A DNA stretch of 64,000 bases from Octopus vulgaris (taxonomy: Eukaryota), in the NCBI GenBank assembly GCA_951406725.2, contig OX597823.1, forward strand, positions 94,736,001 to 94,800,000, read 5' to 3'. The position numbers and the translations under genes were made by a program. This document shows positions 59,232-64,000 of the stretch, in pieces; the first letter of the stretch is position 1; each line of letters starts with the position of its first letter. The notes under the pieces are model-generated. The model ran no database searches. It was not told the origin of the DNA and saw only the letters and a list, made by a program, of their open reading frames with translations.

Positions 59232-59605
59232 GGAGGTGCAATGGCCCAGTGGTTAGGGCAGTGGACTCGCAGTTGTAGGATTGCAGTTTCGATTCCCAGA
59301 CCGGGCGTTGTGAGTGTTTATTGAGCGAAAACACCTAAAGCTCCATGAGGCTCCGGCAGGGGTTGGTGGCGATCCCTGCTGTACTCTTTCACCACAACTT
59401 TCTCTCACTCTTTCTTCCTGTTTCTCTTGTACCTGTATTTCAAAGGGCCAGTCTTGTCACACTCTATGTCACACTGAATCTCCCTGAGGACTACATTAAG
59501 GGTACACATGTCTGTGGAGTGCTCAGCCACTTGTACGTTAATTTCATGAGCAGGCTGTTCCATTGATTGGATCAACTGGAACCCTCGTCTTCGTAACCAA
59601 CAGAG
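59232..59605 (+). mobile_element. tRNA-derived SINE, family C (tRNA-Arg-like head)
   Basis: TGGCCCAGTGG A box, GTTTCGATTCC B box and GACTCGC anticodon-like loop; the 3' part is shared with about 2393-2718. Confidence 0.75.
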
Positions 59606-60336
59606 TACTGTAGTGTGGTGTGTGTAGCAAAATAATGTAAATAGCACATTTGCCATCTGTTTTATTATTGCTACTTTTATTATTATTATTATTGATACTA
59701 AAAGGCAGTGAACTGTGAGAATCGTTAGCACACCAGGCACCAAGCAAAATGCATGGCGGTATTTTGCCCTTCACTACATTCTGAGTTCGAATCCTGCCGA
59801 GGTCGAGTTTACCTTTCATTCTTTTGGGGTCGATAAATTAAGTACCAGTGAAACACTGGGGTCAATGTAATCAACTGTCCCCCTCCTCTCAATTTCAGGC
59901 CTTGTGCCTAGAGTAGAAAGGATTATTATAGATACTATTAACTCAGGTGGTGAACTGGCAGAATCGTTAGTGTGCCGAGCAAAATGCTTTGTGGCATTTT
60001 GTCCATCATTACATTCTGATTTAAAATGCCACTGGGGTCAACTTTGCCTTTTGTCCTGCAGGAGTTGATAAAATAAGTACCAGTGAAGTACTGGGGTCAT
60101 TGTAATCGACTAGTCCCCCACCCACCAAAAATTTCAGGCCTTGTGCCTATAGTAGATTGTTATTATGTTTTGCTGAGGTTGACCCTTTTAGGGTCGATAA
60201 ATTAAGTATCAGTGAAACACTGGGGTCGATGTGATCGACTAGTCTCCCTTCCCTCAAAATTTCAGGTCTTGTGCCTTTAGTAAAAAGGGTTATTATTATT
60301 GTTCTACATACATATTCATGAACTTCTTTGAGTCTG

Positions 60337-60440
60337 TATAAATACTAACCCCCTTCATACAACCTTCTCTGCAATTCACTATCCCCCTTATAAATACTAA
60401 CCCCCTTCATACAACCTTCTCTGCAATTCACTATCCCCCT
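60337..60440. repeat. Perfect 52-bp tandem duplication
   Basis: 60337-60388 is identical to 60389-60440. Confidence 0.95.
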
Positions 60441-61089
60441 CAACCGTCCTCTCTTCCCCATTAGCTGCCCAACTAATCTGACTGGTTGTCAATATCAATA
60501 GTAATACCCACCATATTCTACAACCCCTTTACATTTGTTGGATCCTTTGTCCCCTGCCTCCCTCCACCTAAAGACAGCTTGTTGCTTTTTATTCTTTTTC
60601 ACTCTCCTCCCTCTTCACCAAGCTACTCCCTGATGACTGCTGTTCCCCCTCCCCCGTTTCTTTCTTGAGGAAGAGAGAAAAGGAGAGACAAGTAGGAATA
60701 GGAGATCTAAAATAGGGATTGCTGTTTAATCCCTGTTAGGGAGTTTCTCTATGGAACTGGTGGAAACCAGCAGAATTTTACAGATTTGTTATTCTTTCAT
60801 GCACACACTCTTGCACATTTATACGTAAGTCTGTATATAAACAAGGGACATAGAACAAATGACAGATTCATATTAAATGCACAATAAATATATGTATGTA
60901 TGTGACTGTGGTAAAATTGCTGTGTACCGTGCATGTGTGCTGACATCACCCCTTTACTCATGGACCCTTTAAATGGGGGAAAGCTTGGTTTGGAATGTTT
61001 GCAGTCGTGTATACTTGTCAAGAGCAGGGTTCATTAGCCACCAACGGAGCCATAAATGCAAAATATAAGTTAGTTCCTGAAGGTCAGCA

Positions 61090-61320
61090 ATGGTCTTCCT
61101 TGGTCATTGGTGCATAGACATCATTGGTGGAATGCAGTCATTTTCCAAATTCTCCTGCATAGGTTTCTGTTGGATGGACAATGCTCTGATATGTCAGGAT
61201 CTTGATATTGTTGCTAATCAAAATGCCAACCCAGATCTTGTTCATTCCTCTGCACATTGTCACTGCATGCCCGATTCTGAAGTTTACATCTTCCTCAGAA
61301 CCCACATCCGTAGCAATAAT
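61090..61320 (-). pseudogene. Decayed RTE-like ORF2 fragment
   Basis: EEDVNFRIGHA..IW..IKILTYQSIV..TYAGE resembles the post-RT region of RTE elements. Confidence 0.55.
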
Positions 61321-61744
61321 GCTGGTGTCATGTAACAAACCCCTCCCTCTATGCTGGTGTCACATAACAAGCATCCAGTACACACTGCAAAGTGATTGGT
61401 GTAAGGTAGGGTATCCGACCTTAGATACCATGCCAAAGCAGATAATCGGAGCCTGGGGCAGTTTTCCAGCCTTGTCATCTCCTGTCAAAGTGTCCAACCC
61501 ATGCCAGCATGGAAAAACATATGTTAAGTGATGATGATGTAGTTGATGATGGTGACATCTTCAACAAGTTCTTTATTCATAAGGTTTTGTGTCCCCACCT
61601 TGCCAACTGCTCTGCTTCTTCAACCTCTCTGGTCATCATTTGCTGGAGTACTGAACGTGACCCTGCCAGGGGTGCAATGTCACCAGCACAGTCCAAATCC
61701 TTTTAGGCGTCTGCTTACAATCTAAACAGTTTCGGGTTCTTTAA

Positions 61745-62357
61745 CCTTTTAGCATTTAGGTTATTCTGTCAAATGTAAAGCTTGTTTATTCCATATTACT
61801 GTGAATTATGCAATTCTCTCATGGCTTTTAATGATGTGATTGTTTATTTTTAGAATGACATTGTAGGGTAGGTGTGAGTGACTGGATCTGGCCAGTTTGA
61901 CCATAAAACAGGTGGATTATTTTGGCCAGAAATGGCTGGTTTAAATGCTAAAGGATTAAAATTAGTTAAGACTTCTGTGTAGAGATGGTGGGAGTGGTTG
62001 AGCTTTCTTTTTTTTTTTAAACCCCAGGTCAGTCCTTAATTAGGCAAAGGACCTGATCAAAGGCGCCCTAGCCTCGACTATTCTCCTTTTTTGTATAGCA
62101 GGGACTACATTGTCCAATGTGTCCCTCCCCACCTGCTTTGAAGGCATTAACCCTTTAGCACTTAAAACTGACATTATCCGGCCCAAATAATGTTCAAGTT
62201 GACTAGATCCAGCTTCTCACACCTACCCTACAGTGTCATTCTAAAAATAAACAATCACCTCATCAAAATCTCAAAGCCATGAGATAATTCTATGATTAAT
62301 TCAAAACAATCTGAATAAATAAGCATTACATTTGACAGAGCAATCCGACACTAAAGT
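61745..62357. mobile_element. Two oppositely oriented copies of a second TTAA MITE family (61745-61955 and about 62151-62357)
   Basis: TTAA|CCYTTTAGCA termini; TAGAATGACATTGTAGGGTAGGTGTGAG versus CTCACACCTACCCTACAGTGTCATTCTA. Confidence 0.75.
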
Positions 62358-64000
62358 GATTTGGCTGCTGTTTCTTGCAGGTTGAGCAACCATGCAGAGA
62401 CTCTTTGTTGGTTCATACTTGGGGGAATTTTGGCATTTAAGTGGTAGTTGTTTGGTTTTCCCAATGATAGAATTAACCACCTGGACAGTGTTTATGGCTT
62501 CCTAATCAAATCTTACGGTTGATCTTTTGTTGTTATCTAGGTCAAGGTCTCTTCTGATTAAGCAAATCTATTCCATAAAGGTCGCCAGACAAATAATGGA
62601 GTGTAGACTCATAAATCTATTGCTCTGGTAGAAACGTTAGCGTGCCGGGTGAAATGCTTAGCGGTATTTCGTCTGTCGTTATGTTCCGAGTTCAAATTCT
62701 GCCGAGGTCGACTTTGCCTTTCATCCTTTTGGGGTCGATAAATAAAGTACTAGTTTTGCTCTGGGGTCGATGTAATTGACTTAATCCATTTGTCTGTCCT
62801 TGTTTGTCCCCTCTATGTTTAGCCCTTTGTTGGCAGTAAAGAAATATATACTATATCTACACCTACCCTTTCCCCATCCTTCTCTAGCTCGTTTCACCTG
62901 CCCACTCTTACGTTTGGCCCCCTTTGCCATTGCCAATCCCACCCTTCCTAATGCTCTCATCCCTTCCACTCTTCCACCCACTCAAGTCTTTCTGATGTCG
63001 TTGTTCTCTCCCCTCCTTGGTCACCTGTGTGAATGTATACACCTTAATTTGTGGACTCTCTATCCCTACACTTACACCTCTACCACCTCTCAAACACCCA
63101 TTTCTGGTCTTTCTGTCTTCATTGTTTCTCTCTTCTTTTCCACCTCAGTCTACTCACTTTAGGTCCCCTCCTGGATACTCCCTGTATTTATTTATTTATT
63201 TTTGGTTTAATCTAAAGTGAAAGGAGAGCACCTGTAACCTTTACATCGTTGATTGAAAAAGATTCTAATCCTCTGCTCTCCACAGTCCCAAGCAGTAACT
63301 ACTATGCCATTTCCTCTAAATAGCCCAGATGAGAGTCTATGTCCGTAGCTGGTCCTTCCAGTAAACAACACAGCTTCCTGATTTGTTGTTTATGGGGCCA
63401 GATCCATTTTGTATCTAATGGCGGGAGGCCTCAGCTGGTGAGTAACTTCTAGCTGGGCCCTCTAATAAACAGTTGCATTATTCAAGGGAACATGAAGTAG
63501 GGTGCGAGGCTATTGTATTAACCTCTGATTAGAAACCTGATCACTTGATCAAAATGCATCTAACAGAATGGGTTACACTAAATGCCATGTGGTGGCATTA
63601 AATCTCAACTGACAGATTAGGTCTGTCTTTTTCTCTTGTGACCAAATATTCTATTTGGAGTCAGTTGGAATCAATTAATGAAAGAATTTTTTCTTATAAT
63701 TTGAAGAGGTTTTTAGGGTGCAGGTGAATAATGTAGTTTTTATTGGGTTTGTGGATGAGACAGCTTGTTCCAGTGGCAGACTGGCAAGGTTGCCAGCTTG
63801 CCCGATGGCAAGTGGGCCCCTGCGCTATTAGAATCTATACATGAGGGCCCGTGTTAGTATCTAAGTTTGAGAGTTTTTTTTATTCACTCCTGGAAGAATG
63901 CCTTAATTATTTCAGCTTGGCTGTGTTTGTAGACAGTTGGAAAGAATACTTTTAACAAAACAAAAATTAAATGATAGCATTGTAGTTGCGGGTGGGTCCC

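Noticed and set aside
59232-59307. tRNA-Arg gene
   Set aside because: A and B boxes are present, but the cloverleaf is poor and the sequence runs into a repeat body found elsewhere; it is a SINE head.

Overview
AT-rich, repeat-dense eukaryotic DNA, most likely from an octopus or related cephalopod (inferred from the SINE and RTE repeat families, not from a search). The first 25 kb hold the last 13 coding exons of INTS10 (Integrator subunit 10; + strand, 1170-24819, 538 codons plus stop, 5' end outside the window). One INTS10 intron has a U12-type (minor spliceosome) signature and another holds a 2.3-kb 17-bp tandem repeat. The rest is mostly mobile DNA: a 5'-truncated RTE-clade LINE with a PHD-like finger inside its RT region and about 20 short copies of its 3' end, three tRNA-like SINE families, DD37D (maT) Tc1/mariner deletion derivatives, TTAA MITEs, a Helitron-like element and many short fold-back elements. 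The most striking unannotated signal is a set of minimal type I hammerhead ribozyme motifs with palindromic stem III from several unrelated sequence families, mostly in or next to Penelope-like fold-back relics. One has an intact core and lies in sense orientation in an INTS10 intron (14343-14472); another carries the compensatory U3-A8 core pair (28128-28175, minus). Two CpG-rich blocks (about 42.2-44.1 kb and 54.3-57.2 kb) may be promoters. All calls were made by eye; repeat boundaries are approximate.
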